In this document: piece after piece, positions 38,306-52,000 of the stretch
Numbering within the stretch: the first letter of the stretch is position 1
Layout: every line of letters begins with the position of its first letter
Assembly: GCF_964204645.1 (NCBI RefSeq)
Contig: NC_134026.1
Span: 5,355,950-5,419,949, forward strand
From: Tubulanus polymorphus
Lineage: Eukaryota > Animalia > Nemertea
Reading direction: 5' to 3'
DNA: 64,000 nt
Translations under genes and position numbers: made by a program
The notes under the pieces: model-generated
The model's input: the letters and a program-made list of their open reading frames with translations, nothing else
What the model was told of the DNA's origin: nothing
Database searches by the model: none

Positions 38306-40679
38306 GTCGCGTCGTCGTGTCAATCAATGTAGATGGATACAGTTTCCTTTCGTCACGATCACTAAGGATGTAATGATTAATTATATATACGTTCATCCAT
38401 TATAAAATCACGAGGTTGTTACGGTCCTTTGGTGTGGAAAGTGAAAAGCAGAAACGTGAAAATTGAATACGGAAGCCAGTCTCTCAATTGTATACTTGGT
38501 CTTTTACTATCCTTTAAACTTACGTATCATCTTAAAAAAGCAACTAATTCGTATATTTTTTTCAGTAATATCGTAAAGAATTAGACGGTATAATTTCATA
38601 TGGTTTTACACTGTGCTAGGTTAGAGATAAGATTGTACAAGTCTATTTATACAAATCTTAAATGCCCTGTAGTACGTTATGTACGTTACATATGTATGTT
38701 GAAATCAGTTATCGATAAGGATATGTATTGAAGAAACGATGGAAGTAATGTCTGAGTTGATTGAGAAATCCAATCTATCGCTCCCCTTTACCACGCCTTT
38801 AATCCTTATATTCCAATCATAATAAAAGCGTAATGACTAAATCTATGAATCGATATACGTAGTACTGTAATGAATGAATCCTCGGCTACGTGGAACAGCA
38901 TGGGTGATATTTTCAAAGGACTTACCTGTCACTTGTTCGCCCTATCACTATAGATTGATTAATACTTGCACTTGATGTGCTAGCTATGACTGAGCAAGTA
39001 CCCTTCATATACACACAATAATGAAAAGCGGAAATATTCCATCGTTGATGGTAATTGACATATATATTAGCGCAGGCGTTGTTATTCATATACGCACAAA
39101 AAGGATACGCGTTTTTCCTAGAAATCCTTGGGTACCATCAGGCCTGAGAGGATTTTCGCAGATTGGATATTTTGGAACTAGGAACTCAGCATTCAGGTCA
39201 AATTTGAATGGATAAAAAGTAGTACGCTCCTGTTTTTTAAAGGGTGGACTTCGTGGCAAGACCTCGGTCATTCTGTGGATAGTTTGGCACAGCATCCTCG
39301 TGAAAAGATCAGTACAGCAACGATTCCTGAAACCATCGCATCAAACCCGTACTGAGAAAACCTTGTGATGTAAGAGGCAATCGAGAATAATAATTTTTGG
39401 AACAAAATGAAACAGACGAATTGTATCAAACTATTCAAATTCAACTAAACGCTAATCTTTATTTATTCCATAATGCATCGCACAAGACAACAACAATATA
39501 CTTTAAACGTATAATATAGTTCATAAACAATGAGTCTCTATAACATTTCTTTTCATCTAGAATCCTATATTTCTTATGGTCCACACGTCATCTAATATAA
39601 GGGTGCCAAAAAAACACAATACCCCACCCATAGTTTAGCAGATCAATTCTGGCATTTTAACGCCTCAGATCGTTTCAGTGTTGTCCAGGCAGGGTATGTA
39701 CGCTCTATCTATATTCATCTGCCTCATACCCAGCAAACAATAACGCCTGGAATGACAAATCCTTCAGTTTGCTTTTTTCCTTTCCACCAATAAATCATCA
39801 AAATGACGCCGAACATTTTTGTAACAGCATTTTATAGAATATATACGGCAACAACAAAACAGAATCCAATAACTATCATGGATTGGTAACACGTCATGGA
39901 CGAGTGGTTCTACTGGTCTGCCAGTAAAATACCAATATACACTATATTCACTAGATTTTGGAATTTCTTGTTAGCCACAAATAAATGCACCCACGAGAGA
40001 CTGCACTCTAAAAATGGTGGTCGAGATCCTAGTTTAGTTATTTGTTGCCTATATTTTACCAGAAGGGTCAGTATGAGACCTAGTCCATGATTGACCAACG
40101 CATATTTGGGGAAAATAATTTGTCCAACGTGTCCGAGACACTTCGCCTCACAGTAATGGAAACAAAAATGGGGTTGAAAACATCAGTTTTCACACATTCA
40201 GGGGGTTAACTGCTAATATCAGATCTTTTGAACAGTGCAAATAGTTCAGCATCTGAAGATCTGAAAATCACAATAAGACAAATACAAGGCACTGATAAAC
40301 TCATTCATGATAGATCCCCCTGACTATTCCATCGATACAATCGACTAACTCATCACAAACTCATCACAACGCAGCGGATTTTCAACAAATGTCGGCAGTT
40401 TTGAGTATGTACGTACACAAAATACAAGACCAACGTCAGTCAGCAAAAAAATAATGCGGTTACGTGGTCCTCTGATTGCAACATATCTATCTAGGGAAGG
40501 CTTATAAGGAATAATCCAAAAATATCATAAAATATTTTGTAAGGAATGTTTAACAGTGTATGGAATAATTCATTGCTTTGATAAACATGATCAACATTTC
40601 TACATGTCTAATATGATGGATCAGATGAAGACTCTAAAACACGCTATAGAAAATATTCTAGCATCTAGTTCTAATGTAA

Positions 40680-41145
40680 AGCCTAGCGCACATCGACAAA
40701 GCGACTGGAGACAACTAGTTGCTAGTGAGCGACTACCCCACGCACATCGAAAATTTAGTAAAAACCAGCAACTGCGTGGCTCATGCCGGTCGCTAGGTCC
40801 ATAGCGCACACATCGACAGCAACTGAGATGTGGTTTAGCAAATATTCTTGATGGCATCACAACTCACGTGACAAATAGCTTTGTTTTAGTCAGTTACAAC
40901 CATGTGTTGTTGATTATGGAGCGCTCACATCGATGGATATGAGAGCAACTGAGTACAACTAGTTGCTCAAAAGTAGAACATGAGCAACTGGGTTGGAACT
41001 GGAGATAGATGGACGCTAACCAGTCGTAAGGTCGCTCACATCGACAAATTCGAGCAACTGATTGTATCCAGCCAGTTGCTCTCATGCGCCGAAAACTGCC
41101 TGGCAACTAGTTGTCTCCAATCGCAGTGTCGATGTGCGCTAGGCT
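40680..41145. mobile_element. PIF/Harbinger-type MITE with TAA TSD
   Basis: taa|agcctagcgcacatcgaca..gcga.tggagacaactagttgc ... gcaactagttgtctcca.tcgc..tgtcgatgtgcgctaggct|taa; TIR of about 45 bp; internal cacatcgaca and caactagttg repeats. Confidence 0.9.
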
Positions 41146-42443
41146 TAAGACCTTGGAGTAATCATGATAACTCCGAGGTAAGACTACACGTCTGCATCGT
41201 CTGGCCGAACTGAATAGATTTATCTGAGCAAAATACAATCGATGTTGTCTGAACAAATTCGTATCGCAAAACGTTCAGAGCCAGGAACGTTTAGACAGAG
41301 ACGGTTTCTAGCGATCGTAATCTCATACACGGATCATCTAAATTCTAACCGTACCTGCGCGATCAATTCTCCTTCCTCAATTATGAATAATCTTTTCATA
41401 AAAGGTCCAAAAACATATCTAACACTTCATGAAGAGTATGTAACATCCAACTTGGATAACGGTCAATATCGGAAACACTTTCAAAAAATCCGAGCAACTC
41501 GAGAATTCAACTTATACACTCTTCATTGTATCTAACATTATCTTAAAATTTAGAGATTTCATTGTACGCTCAATCTCACAACTACTACCTTTACCACTAC
41601 GCTTATTATAAGACCATCATACGACAGTTAGAAACAGACCCAAGAAAATAGAACATTTCATTCATATACTTATGACCGGATGATAAATTCTTGATTAATT
41701 ACAATACATGTAGTATATCTTTATACTATTCCATCTATATGCATTACTGATTACTGATTGCTGTCACATCTATATCTCATAGGCCTATTAATGTTTATTC
41801 TAGCTGCACAATCTAAAATCTGATATAATAATCTCATTGAATTCAATATCGTGTCATCTACATGACTACCGTACATATGATCTATCACTAAGAAGATTAT
41901 TCGATATTTCCTTATATTTTCTATCTATTTTTCATATTACATTTAAGTTTACGGCTATACCTTACGGTGTCTACCAACGTGACACGTACTTTAACAGTAT
42001 ATCCCTAAAAGTAGACACGTCAACTTGCACAAAGCGTCACTTTAAGTCTATATTGCATGCGAGTAAATGTAACTAAAAATATTCTAACCGAAAATTTGTG
42101 ATTGCTTGTATGAGATTATTATGGAGACATTCAGGAACACAATAAGCAAATAACGACGCAAAGCTATTGCTAATTCATTTTAAAAATCTAGAAAGATGGA
42201 CCATAAAATTGTCCCTCCTAATGATACTATGGTACGATACCAGTAGATGGCATACCAGCATCTTACACTTTCACTACCAGTCAAGCGGATATTCTTTTAG
42301 ATTGCACCTGAAATAACCTTTATTAGCATCCTACAATAAATAAAAATAAAATAAAAAACAGCACACTTGTATCTACATTCCGAAGGTTAAAAAAACAAAA
42401 AATGTTATCAAATAAAAAAATCTACCGAGTATATAAATATGCA

Positions 42444-42482
42444 CAGAGAGAGAGAGAGAGAGAGACAGAGAGATAGAGAGAG
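42444..42482. repeat. (AG)n microsatellite
   Basis: Directly visible. Confidence 0.9.
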
Positions 42483-43573
42483 TTTATAGTTATAACTAGG
42501 GTCAACACGACAACACCGGAATAAGTCTATGCATCGTTCAATGAAATACAACAATCAATACGAGATGAGTTACCGGTATCAGAATCTTATCCTTATACTT
42601 TTGAAAATGATTCTTACGAAAAAGACGAATAGCTGTCAAGAAAAACCCACGATAGAAGGTAAAACCTATTAGAAGAGTATCGAACTACTTCGACTCAAAT
42701 ACTACCAGCCATTTTCCGAACAAAATCGATTTTATTACATTTTGAATTCAAAGTGCGGCACAAATTGGTTTTGAAAAAATTACTCATAGTGTTTGATTTG
42801 AAAAGTTAGTTTTTCTTCTAACTGTGACTTTTACTTCAATTGAAATACCTTTTTTCAATTGAAGAAAAACTCACTTTATTATATAGAGACAGCGACTCGT
42901 CTTTGGAAACTGAGGCTATGAATAATTTCATTTCATTTTGATTGTGGAATCTCCGCGACTCATATAGACATGTACAATAAAACTAGCGATCATTTTAAAA
43001 TGAGTATTATGTATATCATCCAAAATGCAGTATTCCACAATTTGAAGGCTGCCAAATATCAATCAATCCTTCAACTAACTACTTATAACATGTACATAAA
43101 CACTTACTTATTCATAACGTTTAGAATAATAACAACCACTTTAAATTACATTGCATTGTAGATATTGTGGTAAACACAATTCATACCATTAATTATTACT
43201 TTAAATTTTGACCATATGCAAATATGCGGGAACCTCATCTTAACAGTCCTTCTAGATAAGTCCTTTCATCAAAATATGAAATTAGCTCATATCAGCTACA
43301 CTTTTCGACCCAAAGGTTGTTACCATGGGATTCTTAGGGAAAGTCTTATGGAGACAAGACTGTTAAATACAGTAGTTGTAAACTTTTAAAGTAAGTAGAT
43401 TTGTTGTACTGGTATATTTCAAATTGATATGACTAGATTTTTTTACGAGACAAAAAAGTGCAAGCTAGGATCTTTAATTAGCAATATTCTTCTTTTCATT
43501 TGAACTCAGGTGGCCGAGTCTCTCTACAACCATCTCCTTGTTGAGCCAGATGATTAAATGGTAAGCTCGACAA

Positions 43574-46500
43574 TTATAACAAAGAGTCCATTTCTTCAGG
43601 AGCATTACCGGTACCGTGGTTCGAAAGACTCAATTCGGAAGAACAATTTGACATAGAATCTGGAAGCAGAACCTCGATTGAATAGTGCAGTTTCTTGTTA
43701 CGCAACCAGCTGTATGAATTGTCAAAGCAAAAACCATCTGAAAATTAATAAATGAATCTCACAATATTTCACTTATCAACAATAAAGTACGTTTCAATCA
43801 ATCGGAAAACTCAAATTCTACTAAATATCTAATGAAATAAGGTAGACAAAAACCTGTATAATAATATCTTAATTTGTTATATTCTAAATAGCATCCAGAA
43901 AGAAATATACTTACAAATGCCAGGAATTTTACAGTAAACCATTCCATCCTCAGGTACGAGATGACTGTTCACCCTCTGAAAGGGGATCAATGGTCGAATG
44001 CCCTTGATATCTTCTTTATCAGTTCTACTCAACAATATCAACCCATAGCGTATATCGTTCTCGTCGGTGAAGAAGTGCCATCTATCAAAAACCAATATAA
44101 ATTTGTCATTAACATATCATCCTCATGCCAGGGTGTGATTGCCTCCTGCCGAAGCGCATGCAAATACAAACCCTGGCTGCAGTTCCTACATTAGTCTAGT
44201 AGTCCTGACTGACTGATTACTTGGGCGGACAAGTTGCCGCTCAGCGGTGACCAGTATATACATCTAACCAATCAGATGCGTTGTTTTGCCAGTGAAAAAC
44301 AATGCAGCTGATTGGCTTAATACATAGACTGGCGACTGGTGGCTGCTGGGTGGCAACCTGTCCTGGCAAGCGAGGATGCCAATATACATTTTCGGAGATA
44401 ATTTCGAAGAATCTTTTTTGTTATCATATATCAATGGATAGGTAGGCCTATACCTGATTGCGCTGTTTGGTTCGATTACATTGCATTCAATTTGTAACGT
44501 TGCGTTTCTGTTCACGGTTACAGTCGTTAAACCGTCGTTAACTTGCAGACGATCGTGCAAATAGTAAGACTTCGGTACCTCACCACCGAAACATATCTAA
44601 AATTAACAAATTTACAAACACCTTTATCGAAATATCGAATGAATAACTAATAATCAATTGTTAACTGTAAGAGCAGCCTTCCCTTAGTATTTGCTTTTTT
44701 TGAAGAAATGAACCCGAAAAGATGCAATTTTCAAGAGGACGAGTGTCAAATTTGCAGGTTTTTATTATCTCTGTTTTCATAAAAATGGTAACCTCAGTGT
44801 AAAGGCAGGGGTCTGGACCCAAGAGACCACCCCCTAAATCCGCCCTTGATGGTACTCAATCTTACACACCTTATTTGTACATTTAGGGTTCCCATCTTCA
44901 TCGACTTGTGTACCGCCCCAAAAAACTGGTAATTCTTCAGCATCGATTTCATTCAATAAACATTCCTTCCATCCTTTTCCTTCAGAAAAAAATTTGAAAA
45001 AAAAAAATCTTAACAACTTTCTAATGTTGTTTTCTCATTGGGTAATTAGATAATTAGGTGCTTAGTTTTAGTTACTTCCGTAAACTCTGATTTTTTTCGC
45101 CGTGTTGTCACTGAGGAATGGTCTGACTAGCTTGTACGCAACAGGAAATATGCTCGGTGCTGAAATTGAATAGAAAAAAATCCAATGACTGCAACAACTA
45201 AACGTCAAGAGCAACATAGATGACATACCAACTGGGTCATCGGAGGATGATGTGACCATTTAGCCACAGGTCACACCTACATTGCTAGACAATAATTCAT
45301 CCAATTCATGAAAATTTGAAAAATTTCATTTTTGGAAAGTTGTTCAAATATTCAACTTACAATTTATACAGTAAGAAACTTTCAGTGTTTCTGGATAATG
45401 ATCTTCAAACATAGTGATCAACTCATTGAAAACATCGACACCTTAAATATAAACAATTTGAGATGTAACTTATTGAACTAGTAAGGAAAGAGGCTGTATC
45501 GAAATTGAAACCTGTGGGTACCTGGTTTCCAAAGATGCTTCATGCCAAACTGATCAATGTCAAATATCAATACAATTTGATCAATCTTCTTTCCAAGCTA
45601 AAAAATCCGAAAAGTCGAAAATACTACAAGACTTTTTCAAGTTTTGACTAGAACAGGGCAAGATGAATAGAGAACTAACTCTTCTGTAACGTTATAGCTT
45701 GCTATAGAAAAGTACAAAACTGCATCAAGATGATAAGATAAAAACCCACTATTTACAGATTAAAAGAATTTAAAAACAAGAATTTATTTATTCAATCTAA
45801 AATAAATATAAGACACGACGTTTCGATCTCACCCTAGAGATCATCGTCTAGGGGGAGATCGAAACGTTGTGTCTTATAGGCCTATATATTTTAGATTGAA
45901 TAAATAAATTCTTGGTCTTAAATTCTTTTAATCTGTAAATAGTGGGTTTTTATCTTATTATCCGTTCACCACGTTCGAGTGTGGTTATCGTTCTATCCTG
46001 CATCAAGATGGTTGTTTTCAGAACAGGATATGAAGCGAAAGAATATTTCTATTTTTTAGAAGTAAAAGTTTATGTAAACACAAATTCGTTTATTCACAAA
46101 TGCATTGAATGTTATAAGTACCGTGTGTTATTTATGTATTTATGTTAGAAGACGAGACGAAGACCGAATGCCACGAAGGAATTGAAATACATTTGTTTGT
46201 GTGACAAATATCCGAAGATTAGAATGCCTCAAACACCTGTGATGCACGCGTTGATCAGTGGGCAACATATGGTATTTTTTGTAAACACCCACCTTTTCAG
46301 TTTGTTCATTCATTACGACCAGTAGCGTTTCAATAACATGCACTTTGCTCTTGATAATATCTATCTTTCTTGCCGAATAGCATAAACCTGAAAAGCAGTG
46401 TGAAGCCCAGTGTACTGAATAGAAAACTGCTCTTTTCCTCTCTGCCGAAGGAATCAGCGCTTCCTTCATGGAATTTCTATTTTCAACCTGTATCAATAAA

Positions 46501-48174
46501 AATGCCCTGGGCCGTCGAATCTCAAAGAATTAAAAAATGAACTGAGGGGATACGTCGAAACTCAAGAAGACACCACTGAAATACAAAAATCAGCAGTAGG
46601 TAAAAGCAATTTACTTGAGTAAGAGAAAAGACATGTATTCTTATTCAAAGTAAACTAGGGGTCTGAAGACACCATACCCACTAGCTGAAATCTTGACAAT
46701 TTTAACAAACCAACACCCCCTGATGAACAAATACAGTAATCAATGAGCTTCAAAAATGACTGATCAAAAAACTTGTTTGATATGCTGACGATCCCTTTCC
46801 AAAGTCAACCCATCATGAATGTCAATGAAAAGTGACGAACCCTTAGGAAAAGCTACAGATCTCTGAAATCAGGCCAAAAAATGACACTTTTGGGTACTAA
46901 ACAGTCCACAGGATGGCCATCTTGTATCTGATCAATCCGATCTAATTTAATGAAGAGCCCAAGGGTGATACATACATATATAAAACAATCAAGAAAATTC
47001 ATCAAAGCATCTTCAAGATTTTCCGTTAAAAAGAGACAGAGTCTTCAATAATTGACGATTAGGCAGAGAGGATAAGGACACTAGTTTTGATCAATACAAT
47101 TACATCAAATTAAAATAAATAATTCAAGGTTAAATGCGTTAGACCTACCTTTAAGATCAATATGTCCAAAGGGATCAATCCACACTGGACATCCTTCATT
47201 ATCAAATCCACACATTCCACCGGTGTAATATTTCTGTATAACTTCTGGTATTTGATAATCGTCTAAGATAGTATCAGCTCCAATTTGCCGTCTCCACTCC
47301 ATACTCTGATGAAATGAAAGAGACAATTCAGAATAAAAACGTTTAACCGAAAAGGTTCAAGCAGCTAAGAGCCACCAGTTCTTTTGAAAAAATGTGAGAT
47401 TTTTTGCTTATCGTGTGAAAGGGAAAGGTATTAATCATCTTTAAAGTTATTTACCAACCCTATAGGCCTAGCAGTTTGCAAACTAGGTTGATCAGAAGGT
47501 ATCAGGGAAGTAGGCTTTTAGTAACCTGTCAATGGTTTTGTTTCACAATGAGATTCATGAATCGCGTAGTTTGCTTGAAGCCCATCAAATTTTGAAGGCT
47601 GACCGAAATAAAACTAGCAGTGAAGATTCTAATATCATCTTACAAATCATTTTGAAAATCATTTCACCACATGATAAGGCTTCACTAGTTTTACCAATCA
47701 TTTCATCAGGAGGCTGCAGGGAAGATACTTACATGTCTTATCATTTTCTCTGACTTCTTAAGATCGAAATCTCTCGCTCTGAGCCATTTCAGTAAGAAAT
47801 GATCGTCTCGTATCTGGTCTTCGCGTAAAATGTCCTTCACATCTTCGCGAAACTGAATTTAAAAAAAAAATACCAGGTCTAAAATTACGATATTTCAGAA
47901 ATAACTGATCATACAATTTGTATTGATGAAACAACGGTTAAGCAGAATGTGCAGAGGCATATCCAGGATTTTCAAAAGGGGGTGGGTTGAAAATAGAAGG
48001 CCTGGGATGGGTCTGGATTTGGATCATCTTCAAGTTCTTACTCTTTTCTTGATCTTTCTTCTAGCCTAGAGTCTAGAGACTACAATACAACACAAAATAA
48101 AGTAAAGATTATAAACGAACCTTTTCCAGGATTTGCTCCTGTTTCTGATTAAGGTTCCCAACTCTCCCAGACAT
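43574..48174 (-). CDS. SEC14L2: SEC14-like protein 2 family paralog B (CRAL-TRIO + GOLD), about 416 aa
   Basis: Exons 48121-48174 ([18 protein letters not shown]), 47733-47852 (FREDVKD...[22 protein letters not shown]), 47149-47305 ([14 protein letters not shown]), 46293-46387, 45522-45597, 45361-45441 (EDHYPETLK), 45076-45159 ([13 protein letters not shown]), 44870-44979, 44454-44596, 43915-44081, 43574-43737 join in frame. Probable 5'UTR intron at about 48318-48489. Confidence 0.95.
44118..44378. mobile_element. Palindromic MITE with CATC...GATG ends (same terminus as 17793-17897)
   Basis: catcctcatgccagg ... cctggcaagcgaggatg; inner inverted repeat ccaatcagatgcgttgtttt / aaaaacaatgcagctgattgg. 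Confidence 0.65.
45733..45997. mobile_element. Penelope-like pLTR insertion: inverted pair, 13-bp TSD, minimal hammerhead-like motif
   Basis: ctgcatcaagatg at 45720-45732 and 45998-46010; inverted arms of about 110 bp (45733-45958) plus an unpaired 3' tail. Minus strand 45848-45817 reads gacgatgatctctagggtgagatcgaaacgtc. Confidence 0.75.
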
Positions 48175-48489
48175 CTTGTATTGAACGGGACTAGAACAAT
48201 TAAGAACGACGAGAAGACCCTCCTCTTCTTCACTTCGGTGAGCTGTCAAATTAATACTAAAGACTCTGCGATTTGGACGACAGCGGACAACGAGTCTACG
48301 TCATTCAAAACGTTGATCTGAATAAATTTACGAAGGAAACGTTGGAAGCCACAAATGGCTTTAAAAAGAGAATAAATACCAATTCAATTGCATATGATAC
48401 AAAATAACCAGGAATGATACAAAATAACCAGGAATAAATCTTAAAAAGATTAAGGATGATTTTAAAAAATTCATTTCGATTTTATTCAC

Positions 48490-49001
48490 CTCCAGCGTTA
48501 CACCTGAGACGAGTCGCTACCGTCGATTCATCCGAATTGTTTTGTCAAATGAGCCTCTGGCATGTGATCAGTCGCCACCCGCATCCCGCCGGAGACTCGA
48601 GAACTGATCCTACATGTCGGCCATCGCGCTGTTGATCACGGGATGAATTAATGATTAATCGCCGCCGCCCTCGAAATATGTCACTCACTCCCCGAAATTA
48701 GCGAGTAGAATTCGTGTACGAGTGAACGATAGACCCTACTTCTAGAGCAATCCGTATATTTCGCCGTAAACAATCGAGGGACGGGGTAAATAGAGGCCGA
48801 TAATCACTTCCTGGTTTTATTTCCGGGTTGAAGAAATCCATTTTCCCGAGCTATTGACATTCCGTTCTGGCCCCCCTGTCACCAACTGTCGTATTACCCT
48901 GTAGTCCTATATTTGTCACGTATCGGTTTGGAAAGTAAGAACGCTGTTTTAAAGCGTAACATTAATAGTCGCGATATCTGCAGGCATCCGTGGTCGTCAT
49001 C
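48490..49001. promoter_or_regulatory. CpG-rich bidirectional promoter region between SEC14L paralog B and AP3D1
   Basis: Divergent starts at 48174 (-) and 49002 (+); CpG-rich; ETS-like cacttcctgg (48805) and ttccggg (48821). Confidence 0.55.
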
Positions 49002-52000
49002 ATGGCGCTCAAGAAAGTAAAAGGCTCCATCGATCGCGTTCTGGAGAAGAACCTTCAAGATCTGGTGCGCGGCATCAGAAATCACAAGGAAGCCGAGGTA
49101 TGGCATCTGATCTGTTCAATGATATGCCTGTTTTATTTGTATTTTATGTAATTCCAGGTGAGTGCGATTTTGGCACGTTCCTAATGGTATGTCCCTCTTC
49201 TAGTCTAGTCTCACGCTACAGTGGACAGGTTACGACAATTTAAACTGTAGTCTTACCTTAACAGTAGGCTTACCGTACCTATCAATTATAGATGGGCATT
49301 CGTTATGAAAGTTGTATTTCAGCCACGTATCAAGTCTTTCAAGTTTTTTCAACATCGCGACTTGGCTGGTTTGTGCATAATCTAGGCAAACAGGTTGATG
49401 GCTGACATTAATTATGTGACGAGAAAATAAGAAGCAACTGCAGTTGATCCCTTTATGTCCCAATCCTTTCCATAACCTAATCATCCGTATAATTGATACT
49501 AGTGTGTGCCACATAGGGGAAACAAGACCTAAACTACAGTCTTTTTGAAAGTGACAGTACATGGTTTTGCTTTAGTCTGTATGTAATAACTAGCATTTGT
49601 ATTGGGTTAGATTGTGTTATATCAAGAGTTTAGGTCTAGGGTGAATAAGCCTATGGGTTAGGATAAGGGTAGGTCTAAGAGTAAGGTAATGGACAGTAAC
49701 AGTGATTGTCTGACCATAATAGTTCGCAGGAACTAGGCTATAGCTATACGACCACTGTTGTGGTCACTCTAAATAATAATATTTGTAATGCCGTAGTTAA
49801 GGTAATTGTGGTAGTAGTTCATGGAACTCACAGGGCTGCAGCTAACAAGAAATCTGCTATCATTTTAGGTTTGTCTACTCCTTTCCCTGCAACAGCCCTT
49901 GGTCACCTCTTTAAGTGATGAGATAGTTTAATACCCAGACCCATGTGTATGAACTGAACGAGGTGTTTTTGGTGTTGGTAGTTAGTGGAACCCAAAAGAC
50001 TACAGCTTGTCGATTATTTAGCTTTGAGACTTCTCAGGAACTTTTCTTCAGAGTCACGCAAAAATCGAATAATATCCAGTATTGAGCGTTGTACATTTTT
50101 CCATGTTATTATCATGTCCACAGGGGGCTGCTGCTATTCGCATAAATTCAGTTATTTTAGGTTTTTTGTCACTCGTGGTCAGCTTGTGATATACCGTAAT
50201 TACATACAATTACAGGAATATGAGACGCTATATGCCACATTATTATATCTTGTTACCTCATGCGAATTATCTTCGCGCTTTCGGACAATAATTGTCTTAG
50301 TGGCATGCACAGTTTGTTTAATGATAAGACAGCTAGAAATCTCCGTAATTTCACGGTTAGTTATTTGCCGCTTGAATTTATCAAAAGAATAAATTGCCTC
50401 CTACTAATATAGTCAATGCTGTTTCCTTGGTAACTAATCAGTATGAATTTCTTTCTGGTTGTTAGGTTATCTGCGCTTGTTATGTACTCGATGACCTGTC
50501 ATTATCATTAGATTTTTTAGTTTTTGACTGATTCCCCTCGCCTAGACGACATATTAGCTGTTGTTAGTTCGGCTCATTATATGCTCCAGGCAGAAATCGC
50601 TATAGCCTAATTGATAAAACATGCAGTTGGTTTCTTTCACCGACGGAACTATGTTGAAAGTCTTCTCATTAAATCAGTTTCTGTCTCGATTTCAAAAAGT
50701 TCCAAGACGCTTCCAGTGGATTGTCTTGATATTTAGTTTATACTTGTACCCTAGATACTACATCTGCTGCCCAAAAATTGGCCAGATCTGAATCAAGATG
50801 GCTGGCTGACGATCATTGCTGTTCCTAGAGTTCATCCTCATGAAAAAATTGGATCCATCAGACACAAGATGGCCTTTTTTGTGTCCAAAAACGTATGCAC
50901 ATTCTGTTTTTTGTTCACCAGGGGGCATTGAATATTGATATTGTCAAGCATTTCACCCAGTGGGCATGGTGTCCTTATTAAGTCGTCATAAGATGCGTCA
51001 TCACTATTTACTATGTATTCCGATTCAATTTGCCAAGTAAAAGTCGTCACTTTTTTCACACTGTGTCCAGGATGACAAGTTACCTTAGGTTGACAATACT
51101 AGTAAACTCGCAGAAAACATGCATTTTCAAACTTGAATTTATTTCCTATTTTTGAACAAGTTCTATAGCAGTATTACACAATACTTTGAATACTTGTACG
51201 GTAGAACCTGCTTCGCTTAATCTGGATCAGTTTAAGCTAGATTTTATCGAGGTACTATTGTCATATCCAAATTGTAAAATTGAAATTGCTAGATTGCACA
51301 TAAAATCAAAAAATTTCCGTCTATGTCTTACATTTGACTGTGTAAATTGATTAGATTCTTAGCAGATCAAGTCAGGGAAAACATTTATCTTATTTTCGGT
51401 GGAAACGAATACGATTAGGGAGATATATCAGCTAGCCTGTTCTGCAAAAGCGGTTTATCTAGTCTAAACCTAAAAAAACTGGCCTAATCAAAGGATTGTT
51501 TGTGAGCGAATTATCACAATTGAAAAAAAGGCATGTTGTTCATCATGTCGACTTGTTCCGCGCCGTCGCCCGTCTGGCTTAATTGGCCTGGCAATCGGTG
51601 TTTGGATACGCGGCTCGTCGCTGCAGCGGGAGCCGACGGAGGAAGTTTTACCTGCCTGCCTGCGCTGCGTGTAATGCCGCTATATTAGCAGTTGCAGCTA
51701 CTTGTAGTCAATTCATTCCCAATCCAGCATGCATCGACGACTGATCGACTACTGCGACGACGATGATGGCGTCGTCATTCGCGCTGCAGTACGAATTCCT
51801 CGACGATAACATCGACTATTTTCAATACTTTCAGTCGAAGTACATCGCCGAATGCATCGAGGAAATCAAACAGGAATTAAAACAGGATAACCTATCAATC
51901 AAAGCGAACGCAGTCAGTAAACTAGCATACGTAAGTATTCGAGAAATATTTCTAAAACTCTGCTTCGAATTGTCCGGAAAACTTATATAGATTCTCGCTA

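Noticed and set aside
40556-41213. Cluster of 70-82 aa ORFs
   Set aside because: Lie within the Harbinger-type MITE; no transposase motifs.
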